Source: Lama glama
Taxonomy: Eukaryota
Reading direction: 5' to 3'
Assembly (NCBI GenBank): GCA_028534125.1
Contig: CM052816.1
Location: forward strand, 47,742,001 to 47,806,000
DNA: 64,000 bases
A program made the translations under genes and the position numbers. The notes beneath the pieces were generated by a model that did not search any database, was not told where the DNA came from, and saw only the letters and a program-made list of their open reading frames with translations. Shown here one piece after another: positions 1 through 13,050 of the stretch (its first letter is position 1; each line of letters opens with the position of its first letter).

Positions 1-1464
1 GTGCTTAACATGTATTAATTGGCTACATTCATGAACAGAATAGGCTGTAGGCTTGAATAGATATTTGATTTTAGTCTGTTCATTTTTACAAGATATATCT
101 GTGAGTGATTTACTTTGCACCAGAAACCCAAACCATTCCATCCCATAAATAAGATCAAACCATTTAAAAAAGCATCTGCCTGGAATATGCAAATGATCAC
201 GCCAGAGAGTTAAAATTTGAGAACCTTATGTGAAAAACACTCAAATTATATGTGGTCGTGATATATATCAGTGAAAGGGCAAGAGTTTTTCACACAAAAA
301 TATATTAATGCAAGAAAAGAGATGGTAAAATATGTATACAGTTACCCCAATCACTGAGAAAGTGACAGACATATAAATTTCTAAAATCAATAATTTAGTA
401 AAAAATCAACCTTTATATCTGACCTTCCCCCAGAATAAAAAAGTTAAGGTTAAAATCTCAAGTTCAGTTATTATTTTATGTTACATTTTAAAAAATGTTT
501 AATGGATGATACATCAACGGAACTTTATATCTCTCTGGCCAAGTATAAAATTTAGATTTCATTTGTCCCTGATTTCAGGAATTTGTGTTACTTGCTATGG
601 GAAAATTAGACATCATTTGAAGCTCTAATTACATCTTTTTTTTTTTGCCCTGATATTTCTCAGCTGGCTAGTCAATGTCCTTGCCCTTTCCATGTTTTTG
701 AATGTCAAAAATTAAACTAGATAAACAGCGATATTTCTACATAAGGAAATTTCATGTGAAAAATAGAAAATACTCTCAGTATAACAGATTTCACAATCTC
801 TGAGTTCTTGTAGCCTCAAGTGATATACTTTATTGTTATCTTAATAATTAAATTTATCATTTAACAGAAGTGTAACCTTTAGCCAAACACAAATAATTTG
901 TTCTACTCCTTTACTGCATGTGTGTTAGAAGAGTTCTAGTTGCATGGCTAAAATGCAGTATCTAGTGCTTATCTTAAGTACATACAGAATGTTTATCTTA
1001 CAGTATCCCTAAGAAACAAATTTTATTTGGCTATTACTTCAAAGATTATCCCCATAAATACATTAGCCAAATCAATTCAGTCCTACAGTTGTTAACTAGA
1101 AAAACATGAGACTTCTTCTCCCACTTGCCTCTTCACTACATCGGCCTCCCAAGGCCAGAGAGAAGAATGGTACATTATTTAAGAGCAATAATACCCAGGT
1201 TTTGATTTTTGTCATATGCAGCTCAGGAAGCAGCTATAAGAAACATAGGAATCAGTTACTTACTAATATCTAGTAGGTTTAGGAGGTACAATGTGGAAGT
1301 GGAAATTAAATGAAAATGGGGACTAAATGGAAAGAATTAATACTAAGCAAGATTTTGGGTAATGGTGGCCTTGAAAATTGTAAGGAAGGAAATCACTTCT
1401 CATCTGCTTTATGGATTTAGTCTTTTCTGTCCCTGAACGGTAATACTTGCCCTGGGACGGGGAG

Positions 1465-1495
1465 GTGAGTGTGTGTGAGTGTGTATGTGTCTGTG
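1465..1495. repeat. Imperfect (TG)n microsatellite
   Basis: gtgagtgtgtgtgagtgtgtatgtgtctgtg. Confidence 0.6.
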
Positions 1496-3244
1496 CTTGG
1501 GTATAATTCAACAGCTACTCACTAAACACTCAGTGAAGATGTCCATCTGCAACTCACACCATTTGGGAGACTGTTGGAGACAAGCTTGGAAAGGCCACAC
1601 CTGCCCTGGACCTTTTTATGAGATCTGAAGTGTAAGCCAAATTGGAACTTCCTTTTTGAGCCCCCGGGGGATTCTTCTAACTCATACTTGGGAGAATATA
1701 CTTCTGGAAGAGAAGGAAATAGATTCTGGAGTAAACTGACCCCTTGTGGATAAGGTATATAGTTTCTAACAGTAATTGGAGAAATTTCCAAGGAAAAATT
1801 CTTAGAAATCTGGAGATAGAATGAGGCTGGAAATGGGCACACCTTCCCAGGAGGACCCTCAGGAAAGGTGGACGTTCTTGGGAGCTCTCCCTTTGGACCA
1901 GGGGAAGCCGTATCTAACATACTCACTTACAGTTCTTTCTCCATTACTTTTAGCTTCTGTTAACCCTTTAGTAAATTCAGATATGACTTAACTTTGGTTG
2001 TGATGCAGAATTAAGGAGAAAACAGGGTCATAAAGACAGATTGGGCCTGCACCGCTTTTCCCACACACATCTTCCGCAGAGGATTTTGACAAGTAGCATC
2101 ATTTTCCTGAGGGAACCTAAAGTGCATGAACGTGATTTTAAAAAAAGGAGTCAAAATGAAGTTTGCATCTTTTTTTTCCTAATGTACATCACTGCCTGCC
2201 ACACCTCTTCTTCCTGTATACTACATGAGATATCATGAAAAAATGTTTTTAAGACTGAACTTTTATCATCAAAAAGGGGAGGGGAAAAAAAGAACTAGAT
2301 GAAATAGTGTAGAATGTTGAGCTTTTGTTCCTAGAACTCACTGAACTTACTTCTCCAACCTTCTGCAGATGAACATGGGCTGTATCATAAAATCATTTAG
2401 AGCATTGGAGATTTTGATACCAAAGAAGTCAAGGTTTCAAGTTACTTGGAGAAGAATGTGAAATGGTTTTCATTTGGGAAATTCTGTTGGAAAAAATACA
2501 TGTTGATGTTAGTACAAATGCATATTAAACTCGTGACTTGACCGTAGCCCACCATTAGTAAATAGCAAAGTAAAAGTCTTCCCAGTTTTGTCAACTCCAG
2601 AATTCTTGCTGTCACCCCTAACTGCACACCTAGGAGATCATAATGATCCTATAAGTTCCCTAGGATCTTGTACAGTGACAAGAAGCTGTGCTGAAACTCT
2701 GAGGGCAGGTTGTGACAGCATCACTTCTTTGGAAAATATGGGGCAGGGTTCTCTTATCAGTTACCAACCAGATAAGAATACTAATAGTTTTTGTTCTTTA
2801 TGCCATATATGGAAAGGGACATGAGAGCGTGAAATCTGACTTGCAGCAAGATCCTCCTACCTGCAACTCTGAGAAGCCGCGAGATTTAGGTAGTTGATAG
2901 GTGGCTGGCAGGAGGATCCATTGTGTTCATTGCACTGACATACATATCAGGATGTTGAGTAACAGTAAAATTCTTAATGCAGGAATATAGATTTCTTGTC
3001 ATATATCATGTTTAATAGATGTATTTAATATTCACTATTGAATATTAAAACTATATTCCCTGGAAGCAATAGAGGCATCAAGAAAGAAAGAAAAATGACA
3101 TGTTATCTTCTTTGACATATTGAACATTGAAAAAGACTCAGAATAAATACTAACTTAATCATGACAGGTGTGCCTGGGGAAAGCAAGTGGTAGTTACCAA
3201 AAGAGCAAGCGCATCAGATGAGAAGTCCAGCAAACCCAGTTTTC

Positions 3245-3390
3245 TGCATAGTTCGAGCACCAAATATGTAACCTTGGGCAACTTGAAGTCACTCTTCTTA
3301 GATTCCTCATCTGTCAAAGTCAGCTCATCATATGCCCTGTATTTACTGTGAAGAGCAAATAAAATAATGGACACAGTCACAGCAAACCAT
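3245..3390 (+). mobile_element. MIR SINE fragment
   Basis: tatgtaaccttgggcaact...ttcctcatctgtcaa core. Confidence 0.5.
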
Positions 3391-5210
3391 TATAAAATTA
3401 TACTCATAAAAATATAAGAGAAATTGTTTAATGAAATACTGCATCTGTCATACGCAAATTTTACTCATTAAACAAGAATGATTTTAATTAGCAGCTGCAA
3501 ATCAGCTGAGCCATCCACATAAAATGAGAAAATACAAATATTAAATAGGAGTACTTAAACAGGAGTGAGAGAGACATTGAAACACTATTGGGTGTAGTTT
3601 TAACAGCTTTATCAATTCTCCCAATGACATGGAATAGCTGTTGTTTTCACAAAGTATATCAAGCTCTTAGAAAATTATTGATATTGCAAAAGAAACATTT
3701 TCAATTAACATTAAATTCTGAGTGGTGCAAGTTTTTCAAGAAGAACTAGTACAAAGAACAAACAAATATAAATTGGTTTTGAAGTCCAAAAGCTTAAAAA
3801 CTTTAAAAGTTAGAATTGAAACAGTAAAATAGTAGGCTGTAGGATGCACATAAGTTTGCATATTTTTAGATCAAGAAGGGCTCCACCCTCTGGAGTACCT
3901 TTCTCTAAATTTTCTAAAGCCTCCTCTGGTCCCTGATGCTGGCCATGGCTGGTGATGTCATTCAGACAGTGCTCTTTGAGCTCAAATCATGAACCACAAG
4001 GGCTTCAGTCCCCATTTCTCTGCTTTGGGGAATACTCCAGCCCTCTTCCTGGAGTATAAGTTCAACCAGCTGCCCTTAGGAGCCCTGGGACTCACACTGA
4101 TGGATTTGTCCTGCACCTCAGAGTTGGTCCCTGTTCCGGCGGGGTGGCTTAATGAGTAGGTAACTCCCAGTGGTCAGCACAGCATTTCTTTTTGCAGGAT
4201 CACGTGAGATTGAGTTGCCATACTGGCAGTGACAAACAGCAGATGTTGGGTTGACTCTGTCATCACGTATAAGAAAAGTTCAGGACTTGGCTACCAACAA
4301 TCCATTGCCACATCCTGGGCTCAAGTTATGTGCGTGGGCTTGTGAAGGAGCTCTCAGTCTTCTCTATTCTGACCACAACGCCATCTAGCATCCAGAGGTG
4401 TACTTTACCCTATACACCCCTGGCTATTGGCCCCAAGCGCAGTCACCCATTCCCTCTGCAAACTCGATGTCAAACGTCTGACAGCCCTGTGAGTGTGGCA
4501 GTTCTTGTCTGTCCGAGGGATTTGGGTGGCTGTCACTCTTGCCTTTGATCTATGTGGTAATGCCATGCTCTTCTGAACTGGATTTCCTTGTACAAATCAG
4601 ACTGCTCTTTTGCTCTCCCCTCCCCACAAGCCCCTCACCTGTTCTCTTTGCTAATGGGAGTGTGTGGAAGGAAGACAGGCAGTCAACACTGAAAGAATGC
4701 AGTGACTGTGGCATAAAGGGTTCAAGAGAAGACATGTTTGGAAGACACGTTGTTCTGTGTTTATGCAATAACATTCTAAACGGTAAATTAAACAAGAGTG
4801 GGAAATAAATTGTCACATCTCCCTGCGTAGTCTGAGTAAGGCTTACATTTGTGGTCATCGTGAAGGAAGCACAGAGTTGGTCCCTGTTCCGGGGGGGGGT
4901 GGCTTAATGAGTAGTAACAGCATTTGAGAAAGTCTTTGGAAGCCAACACTAATAGGACACAGTACAGAGGATGCAGTTACGAGTAATCACGTAAGCAGAA
5001 TTAAGTACAAGGTATTAGGGAACTGTAGAGGCAAGATCTGGGTTTTTCAATACAAGCAGGTTCCAAGGAGCTATGACTTGACAGTAATGACAAAGTTTAG
5101 TGCCTTTTTCCTCAATGAGAGAGTTGAAATTAGCTACAAATGAAGCATTTGACAACACAGAACCTGAAGGGATGGTGCCTGAACCTGAACAGGAAGCAGT
5201 CATGCCTGGG

Positions 5211-5708
5211 TGTTGTTAGGAAAGGCCATCTGCCACGGGCCCTGAGCAGTCCTGGGTGTTGTTGCTCAGTGTGCCAGGCTGCAAGGTCTGTCCAGCTCCT
5301 GATGCTGATCAGTTTCTGTAACTAGTCACACAGAAAGATACTAAGTAGGTCAAGGTGACTGCAGCAAGACTTGGGGTGGCAGGTAGGGCTGAGTGTTTTG
5401 CTAGTTGTTACAATGATTTGCAACTTGCTCAAAACATTCTGCTTCTTGGCCCTTGGATCCTTTTCTGTAATGTAACCCACTGCATGTGCAGGTGTCATCT
5501 GGGCCCATTGCATTATTTGGTGGGGCTTAGCAAAAAGAGCCAATGCAAACATGCTAATGATCATGCTATTTTATATGCTCTGAACCAGTGAGTCCTTTGT
5601 CTCTGACCCAGGAGTCGCCTGTCTTCTGCTGGCATCCTTGAATTAGAAATCAATTAAATTGTTACATTGCAAGGAGGGTAGGCTCTCACAGGCTTAACTG
5701 GTTTGGCA
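5211..5708 (+). mobile_element. Old ERVL-class LTR (LTR40/LTR41-like)
   Basis: gggccctgagca.tcctg 5' motif and gtcctttgtctctgacccaggagtc...tgtcttctgc U5-like motif; TG...CA ends; family recalled, not searched. Confidence 0.5.
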
Positions 5709-7713
5709 GACTCTACAATGAATTTTCAGGAACATCAATTGAACAGTAAACAAATAACCAAAAAAAAACTGTTCATTATTCTAAATTGTTATCAATATGT
5801 CACTATTTAACATTTTTAATTCAATTTAGCCACATTGACAGGAGCCCAACAAAAAAATTTTTGCCCTGAACTCTGTATACCCTAGGAATGGCCCTAGGTA
5901 AGTTTCCATGATTTGAATGGCTGCTTACGCTAATAAGCAGAAAATATATCCAAGTTGACTTTTTGTCTGGTGAAACTAAAATTTCTGAAATAGTACAATT
6001 ATATGTATTAATTACAACAGTTCTCAAAACATGGGTTGTGCAAGTAACCAGGAAAGATAATAATTTAAAGATAATAATTAACATTTTTATTGAATTATCA
6101 TAAGCCAGGCACTAATCAAATGTTAGATATGTATATTTCATTTAATCCTAAAATCCTATTATCCTCAAATTTTTTTTAACCAGTTAACGTGTCTGATGTT
6201 TCATCCTTGGTTAATATTTTTAAATATTCTGCTTAAAGGTATGATAAATTTAAGCTTAGGATAAGATGGGTGTTAGGGAAGAGATGCAGATCTATTTGAA
6301 GGAGGTTGGATAGCTCAAAGATAGGAACAATGGACCAGGAACATTAAAACAGGGTTTTCAAGGACATCAGGTATTGGAAGGAGAGATGTGAATGTCCTCC
6401 TCAGGACTCAGTTTCTTGCCTTCTTTTTTCTGGTTCCTTCTTTTCTTGTATTTCTTCTGTTTGTCTGCTTAGAATAGGTAGTACAGGGCCAAATTACCAC
6501 CATGGCCAACCCCTGGATTAGGATCCTCACATCTTTACCACTTGAGATAAAAGGGCTCATCCGTCTAACTTAAGTTCAAATTAGTAGGAAGGAATCTTAT
6601 TAATCCTTGGATTAATCACGGTGGGCATGGTGTATTATAATTAGCAACCTTCACTAAATGTCAAGTTTAAATCCCAGAAGAAGAGAAAGATGCTGGGCAA
6701 AACAAGCAAGAAAATATCCACAACGATAGTTTAGACAATTATGGGTCCATCTTTACTTTAAAAGTATAGACTAATCTTATCAATATCATTGGTTTAGTTT
6801 TTGCAAAGAAAAAAGATCAATTGTTACTCAGGTGTACACCTTGAACACCACCTAGGAAGCTGGAACCCAAATAGCTAAGAGCCTCCTACTATTTTTGAGT
6901 ATGACACTGAGGTTAAAAATAATAGTAATGTCCTATGTAGTCGAGAAATATATTCTAAACACACTGTAGTTACCAAGGATCATCAACCCTAAAATATTCC
7001 TGTCACCAAAAAGTGGTTGCCTGGTTGGGCCAATAAGGCTGTAGAATTTATTATTTTTCTTTTATAAAAAACTGTACTAAGCCTATCCAATGTCACAGAC
7101 ACACTAGTTAATTGATTCAACAGCATGTTTGAATTTACATTAGAAAAACAAAACCACTTGTTTAGTATCATATGTAAATAGCATCTGTATTCTAATCATG
7201 GATTTTGATGTCAAAGTTGTTCACCTAAACATGAGCTCTTTGCAATGAGGAACACTTTCAAAAACATTTATTTTCATAAATTTGAAAACTCTGGCAACCT
7301 CTTCCCCTAGAGGCCATTTTCGAAGACTGCTTTTGAAGACTGGGTATACATAACAGGACTGTATTTTTTATGACTGCATCTATGTTTAGTATTGACACCT
7401 TTTTATTAGACACATCAAGAGGTGTCTGTTCAAAAAAAGTGTCTTTTACAGGCCAAATGGCTCACTTCGATGAAAGAAAGGTACATGCCATACGAAAAAT
7501 GCAGGCTAAGGGGATGATTAGAGGGACATTTTATAGTTGTCTAACATAACAAGGACCAGCAACTACCCCCGTCTCTCCTGAAAAGAAAAATACGTGTTTG
7601 GGGTTAGATAGTGATGGCTGAAAATAAAGACCAAGTTACCCCAGTAGCCACTATCAGCATTTGTGTCAGCTGGCAGGTTCGAACGGGGGCCCCTTCTCCA
7701 CTTTCCCTGAAAT

Positions 7714-7970
7714 CAGGGCCACACGACATTCCTGGGCCCTGGGCACTCTTGCCTTCGTGGGCCCCTTTGTCCATAAAAATAATTATGAATTGCGTTTGAT
7801 CACTGTGTTGGCATAAAGATGAATATATTGCTATTTCCTATTTAAAATGTTTTTCTTTGACCTAAAAGCCTAATTTTGATTTAAAAGACACTGAAACATG
7901 TTCACAGACCCCAAAAAGCATTGGGGTCACCAGGCACTGTGCCACTGTGCCCGATAGATAAGGTGGATTT
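7714..7970. mobile_element. hAT-Tip100-type MITE (ORSL-like)
   Basis: cagggcc...gggccct..ggcact.ttgccttcgtgggcccc left end, AT-rich centre, ggcactgtgcc.actgtgcc...gataag right end. Confidence 0.55.
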
Positions 7971-8765
7971 CCACCAAATCACACTTCTTACTCTTCAAGA
8001 ACATTCAGCCTTGAAACTCTAGTTCAGTTAGATTCTTGGCACTTCTAGGGTGAGAACTAGTATAAAACCAAAGTTTCTAAATGACTGGCCAGTGAGTCCA
8101 AGAAATTCACTAATTCAAAAAGAATAACTGTAAAGCATCGTTACCCACAGGCAAACAGTCCGTCCTCTGTTGACTTAAACACACATATTAGGGTTGAAAA
8201 ATTTGAATGGAAAAGAAGTACAGTGTAGAAGCAGCTATTCCTAGGGAAGCTTTCACACGTTCCCTTTGGATGGAATAAGCTGGCAGAACAGTGTCTGCTA
8301 TAGAGTATATTTAACAGTTGTTGGTTGACCTGATGCCACTTTCTGTGCTCCAAGCCACAGACAGGTAAGCAAACACTTGGGAGTTGTTTGACAAAAATAA
8401 ACATCCCTGTCCTAAATAAGATGAAGTCATTTTACATTATTCATTTAGTCATTCAATGAATATTAATTAGTGCCCACTGTATTTGTTCCTAGGGATATGA
8501 GCCCAGGCCTGGAGGAGTGAAAAACCTGGTGATTTTAAAAGTAAGTAATTCTGCAGGCTGAGTGGTGTGGGATGGTGGTGACCTTTGTGGGAGATGGTGA
8601 TGACACTGAGAAAGGCAATGGTCAGGATTTGAAGGGGATTGTTTGCCTTGTTAAGGAAGCTGATTTGATCCTAAAGTTGATGAGGAGCCAATGAATGATT
8701 TTAACTGAGGACTGATGGGATTAAATTTATAATTTAAAAAGATATTTATGGTAGTGGTGTGGAGC

Positions 8766-8943
8766 ACTGGTTTACAATCTTGCCTTCAGGATAGAATCAC
8801 TTGTGGAGTCTTAAAACTTGCCAGTGCTCAAACCTCACCCTGAAAAGAATCCTGTTCAGTTAACCTCAGGTATGACCCCAAGGATAAGGGCTTTTTAAAA
8901 CTGCCCAGGTGATTAATGTGTGGTCAAGGTTGGAGAACCACTG
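8766..8943. mobile_element. MER5-type hAT-Charlie MITE
   Basis: agaatcacttgtggag...tttttaaaactgcccaggtgatt.atgtg...caaggttggagaaccactg. Confidence 0.6.
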
Positions 8944-10685
8944 CTGTGAAAGAATGGGAAGGAACAAGACTGCTCTGTGCTAAGTGAGAAATAATAAGGA
9001 ATTAAACTAATGGTACCAGAGAAAACTGCATTTAGGAACAAGAAATTTGGTTGGTTGGATTTGCCATGACATTTCGAAACGATAGAATAAAACTGGTAGA
9101 GTTTAATAAAACTGGTGTCTCCAGGGCTCCACCATGTGGATAAACTCTGATGTATCAAGTCAGCTGATTGCTTTTTTTCCTTCAGATCCTGTTTGCTGTT
9201 AACATGAGAATATTAGTACAAATAAATTAAAAGCCAAAAACAATGTGTTGATTAGAAGAAAAATATGTATTGACACCTGAAAAGATTTAGAACTCAAATA
9301 CTTTATTCCAATCTGTTAAAATGCTTTACGTATGAAATTGCTTTCTAATGTTTCTTTGGGCACAACATTGATGAAAAGGCATTTATTTGCTTTTATTAAG
9401 CCTAAAAGTCTATTAAGTAGTGAAATTATCACGTTGTTTCTGGGTAAAAATTGTTTTTTGGGGTAAAAGATGTAGAGAGTATTGCTTTGAGGACCTGAAT
9501 GCCAGACATTTATAATTGCTTTAAATCTCTATAGGGTTCCTTGAAAGTAGTTTCATAATCATACCACTCTTATTCCTGGAATATACTGAAATAATTCAGG
9601 TAGAAATTTTAAAGCGATTAGAAAAAGAGCAAAATAAATTGATTATTTTTTATGACTGCAGAAGTTTCTCATCTTATTTAACTATCACATAATTCTCGTT
9701 CAAAGCTTGAAATGTGTGATTCTTAATGGCAAAATAAAACACCTTCATAGTCTGTAAACTTTCATACATGATTGGCTATTGTAATTTATCAATATCCCTT
9801 CAAGCAAATTCTGAAAATGAGATTATTAAACTAGTGAAATTAACATTGCATTTCTAATTCTCCGGCCTCCAGACAGTTTGCTCAACAAGCAATTTTCAGT
9901 CCATAATTAAGCTGTACTTTTCATCTCAAGGTTTGAACCAAGTTCAAATTTCAGTTTTATCATCTGATTTAATATATCAATCCAGAGATTTATATTTTAC
10001 TTCAAAATTTGTTCTGGAAGAAACATAACCCTCACCACTGAAATGTATCAAAATCTATTAAAGATAAAAACACATTAGTTCTAAAAATGTGAATATAAGA
10101 GCATTACCTCATTTACTGTAATGGCATCCTGTTGACAAAATATGTCTTTTCTAGGTGTGAGACAGTAATTAACTTAATAAATACTTTTAGAATATCTGCC
10201 AGATGTAAGGTATTATGTGAGCATTTCAGGTGATAGATGTCTAAAAACAGGATCCCAACTTCAAGAGAGTTGTGTCTTTGGGGGAGATAAAACAGTCACA
10301 AAGTTAAAAGTCGAACAACAAGGCAACAAAGATTACATTTAAAAGCCAAAAGAGTGATGCAAAGTAAGTTCAGTGAGGACGAAGAGATCAGAGTCAGCTG
10401 AAAGAGTCAGGAGAAGTCACAGAGGTAACAGGATTTAAGTTAGATGGATCTGAAAGAGATTTGCACAGGCAGAGGGAGTCTGGGGCACTGTAGCCAGGGA
10501 GAGTGACAAGAGCAGGAACTGAGAACCAGGGAGCAGCTTGCAGGCCAGCAGTGTTGGCCTCGCCCAGCAGCATGTGAGAAATGGAGAGTCTTGGTCTTGG
10601 CCTCCTGGATCAAATTCTGCATTTTCACAAGAACACTAGGTGATTTGTACTTACATTAAAATCTTAAGCCACTCTCTTAGAATAT

Positions 10686-11433
10686 TGTCAACAAACTTTT
10701 TTCTATAAAGGGTCAGATAAATATTTTGGCTTTGCAGCCTGCTCTGCTCTGCTGCTGAGCATCAGCTCGGCACAGATGACGATACGTAAAGGAGCAAGTG
10801 CGGCTGTGCTCCAATAAAACTTGATTATTGTGGTGGTTAACTGTACATATCAACTTGACTAGGACGGGGGGATCCCAGGTATTTGGATAAACATCATTCT
10901 TAGTGTGTCTGTGAGAATGTTTTTGGATAAGATAACGTTTGAATTTGTAGACTGAGTGAAGCAGGTTGCCCTCCCCAGGGTGGGTGGGCCTCATCCAATC
11001 TGTTGGAGGCTTGAATGGAATGAAAGGAGGGGTAAAGGTGACTTTGCTCTCTCTGCCTGACTGCCTTTGAGCTGGGGCATTGACCTTCCCCTGCATTCAC
11101 ACTGCAGCTTACGCCATCCTTTTTCCTGGGTCTCTAGTTTGCAAACAGCTGATCTTGGGACTTCTCAGCTTCCATAATCACCTGTGTCAATTCCTTATAA
11201 TAAATAAACAAACACACAAATCAATCAATCCTGTTGGTTCCGTTTCTCTGGAGAACCCTCTCTAATACAGTTATGGACCAAAATTTAAATTTCTCATAAT
11301 TTTCATGTATCATGAAATACTACTTTTAATTTTTTTCCACTATTTAAAAATTGAAAAACCATTCTTACCTTGCAGGACATAGAAAAACAGACATTGGCTG
11401 GATTTGGCCTCTGAGCCATGGTTTATCGACTCC
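10686..11433 (+). mobile_element. MER58-like hAT-Charlie element interrupted by the MLT2 LTR
   Basis: caaacttttttctataaagggtcagata...ccaataaaactt on the left; ...gattt ggcctctgagccatggttt on the right. Confidence 0.7.
10829..11269 (+). mobile_element. MLT2-type (ERVL) solo LTR
   Basis: TG...CA termini; tgtggtggttaa...tcaacttgactagg start, gtgggtgggcctcatccaatc core, tctctggagaaccc...ctaataca end; 5-bp TSD attat/gttat. Confidence 0.85.
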
Positions 11434-11889
11434 CATCTTAGAACACTGAGCAGTCAGTTGAGCTCCTGAAGACACGTTAGCCCTTCAATTAATTTTATTG
11501 TCTAAATTCTGGACTCTACAACAATAGAAGAATAATAACTGTAGACACTGGTAATTTTTATTACTCTATAGCCAAAGGACATTTTAGTCCAATTCTAGGC
11601 AAATAATATTTTGTCCACCTTTTTGAGCTAGTTTGAATGTGGTTATTAATATTTTTTTTCAAATGAGTATGAAATTTCACTGTGGTCATGGTGCACATAT
11701 ATAAATGTAAAGCAAATACATGATTAAGCATCTTCCGTTATTCTCCCTCACAAAGGCAGTCTAGACTAAAAGTATGGTTTCTGTCAATCAACCTAACAGA
11801 AAAGGTAAAGACTCTCCATGATAAGGACATTGTCATTGTCCCCATCCCTCAGGCCTTGAAAAAATCAACCACACTAAAGCAACTGGAAT

Positions 11890-12068
11890 GGTTATTCTCA
11901 AAGGGTGATCCAAGTTCCCAGCATCACCTGGGAACCAGTTAGAAATGCTAATTCTTGGGTCTGCCCAAGACAAGAAGGTGGCAGGGGAGCAGGGGAGCAC
12001 TGGGGCCCACAATCTGTTTTAAAAGCTCTCCAAGTGGGTATGCTCAACATTAAAGTTTGAAAACTACC
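11890..12068. mobile_element. MER5A-like MITE
   Basis: ttctcaaag...cagcatcacctgggaa.c.gttagaaatgc.aattcttggg...tctgtttta.aagctctcca.gtg...taaagtttga.aactac. Confidence 0.65.
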
Positions 12069-12837
12069 AAACGTAAGATAACTCGTTAAGAATCCAGATT
12101 CCTGGAGTTCCACTCTGGAACTATTGACCAGGAATCTCTGGACTGCATTTTCACAGGCTTAGCCAAGTCCTATAAATTTTACATTTGCAAAACTTCCAAA
12201 ACTAATGCTTATCATTAGAAAAACCTAAGGTTTTTATAAATGCAGATTCCCAGGCCCTGCTTCAGAATTACACAGAAAAATATATGATATAAAAGTATTA
12301 TATCTTCTATATGTTATATGATACATATGATATACAGGATATACTGTCTCTCCATCTGGAACATGGTGAGGAATTCACCTTCGTAATCTTAAATCTGATG
12401 TAGCTGTCAAGAGTAGACACTGGAGCCTCACTATTAGAATTGATCCATTTGTTCTGCTTTCATACATTTTAACGTGTACTTTACAAAGTCCTCATTATGA
12501 AAAAACAATCACAAATAATTTACAGATTAAAGTAATGCAACTATGATCATTTTACTCTCCCACTCAAATTTTTTCACTATTATGCACAAATTACTCAGCT
12601 TGACATTCAAGACCCTCTGCTAATCTTCTTACTAATTCGTATCTCAGTTATTTCGACTTATTCTCCAGCTGGCCAAGCTGTGCTCTTTTTTGGTCAATGA
12701 ATACTCCTTGTACTTGTGTTCTACTTTGCCCAAGCAGATCCCATCTACCTACAGTGCCCCCTCCCTTAGTATCAATAATGAATTCAAATCCGCGTATTGT
12801 ATCCCCCAATTAGCCTAGTCCATGTGTCAATTAAGTA

Positions 12838-13050
12838 ATAACTAACATTTATTGAACAATATGTAGAAGCCAGCCACTCTGCTATTATCTTCATGTGCAT
12901 TCACTAATTTAGTCCTCACAACCACCTTACGAAGTAGCTACAACTATTCACTATTCAAAGGGTGAAACTCAGGAAAATAGATTGAAGTAACTCTCCCAGG
13001 AATACTCAGTAGCAAGTAGTAAGGCTGGGATTCTGATTTCAGATCCTGAG
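12838..13050 (-). mobile_element. MIR SINE
   Basis: aacatttattga...tttagtcctcacaaccacc.t.cgaagtag...gaaactcagg...aagtaactctccca MIR core in reverse orientation. Confidence 0.65.

Noticed and set aside
1522..1926. 134-aa minus-strand ORF
   Set aside because: Non-ATG start, no recognisable domain or splice context; probably chance or an old LTR-like remnant
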